Positions 63,864 to 64,000 of a stretch of DNA of 64,000 nt are shown here, in pieces; position 1 is the first letter of the stretch, and the number at the start of each line of letters is the position of its first letter. Location of the stretch: the NCBI GenBank assembly GCA_000934665.2, contig KZ538103.1, positions 62,001-126,000 of the forward strand, read 5' to 3'. The notes beneath the pieces are model-generated. The model was given only the letters and a program-made list of their open reading frames with translations. It was not told the origin of the DNA and did no database searches. Source of the DNA: Catajapyx aquilonaris. Taxonomy: Eukaryota. Position numbers and translations under genes: made by a program.

Positions 63864-64000
63864 AGTGAGCGCCTCTTATATGCAAAGTGGTTCGCTTCTC
63901 TCGACCTCACTTGCAACAATGGTCAATGGAAGGCTTAGTAGAAGTAGGAATTGTCCACTCCGGCAAGTAGTCTTCACCTCGATTGTTATAAGACTGCTTT

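Overview
Eukaryotic genomic DNA, almost certainly from an arthropod. It contains one supportable protein-coding gene: an uninterrupted 1237-aa Toll-family receptor (22139-25852, +) with signal peptide, LRR block, internal cysteine clusters, second LRR block, transmembrane helix and TIR domain. By recalled similarity it belongs to the Toll-6/Toll-8 (Tollo) group of long Tolls and is closer to Toll-6. The 22 kb upstream and 38 kb downstream contain no credible coding sequence. They hold small non-autonomous DNA transposons (a 332-bp Tc1/mariner-type MITE, an 82-bp pogo/Tigger-type MITE, piggyBac- and Harbinger-like remnants), microsatellites, a CRE-core minisatellite beside a possible retroposon tail, and recurring motifs (TGACGTCA, YY1/Pho-like, CTCF-like, kappaB-like). 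I found no CRISPR array, rRNA, convincing tRNA or autonomous transposase/RT, and I cannot support a new multi-gene system. The best leads are regulatory: two uORFs with a duplicated start context, a consensus splice donor 21 nt after the stop codon, a tRNA-like pol III candidate, and motif clusters. All counts and alignments were done by eye and no searches were run.
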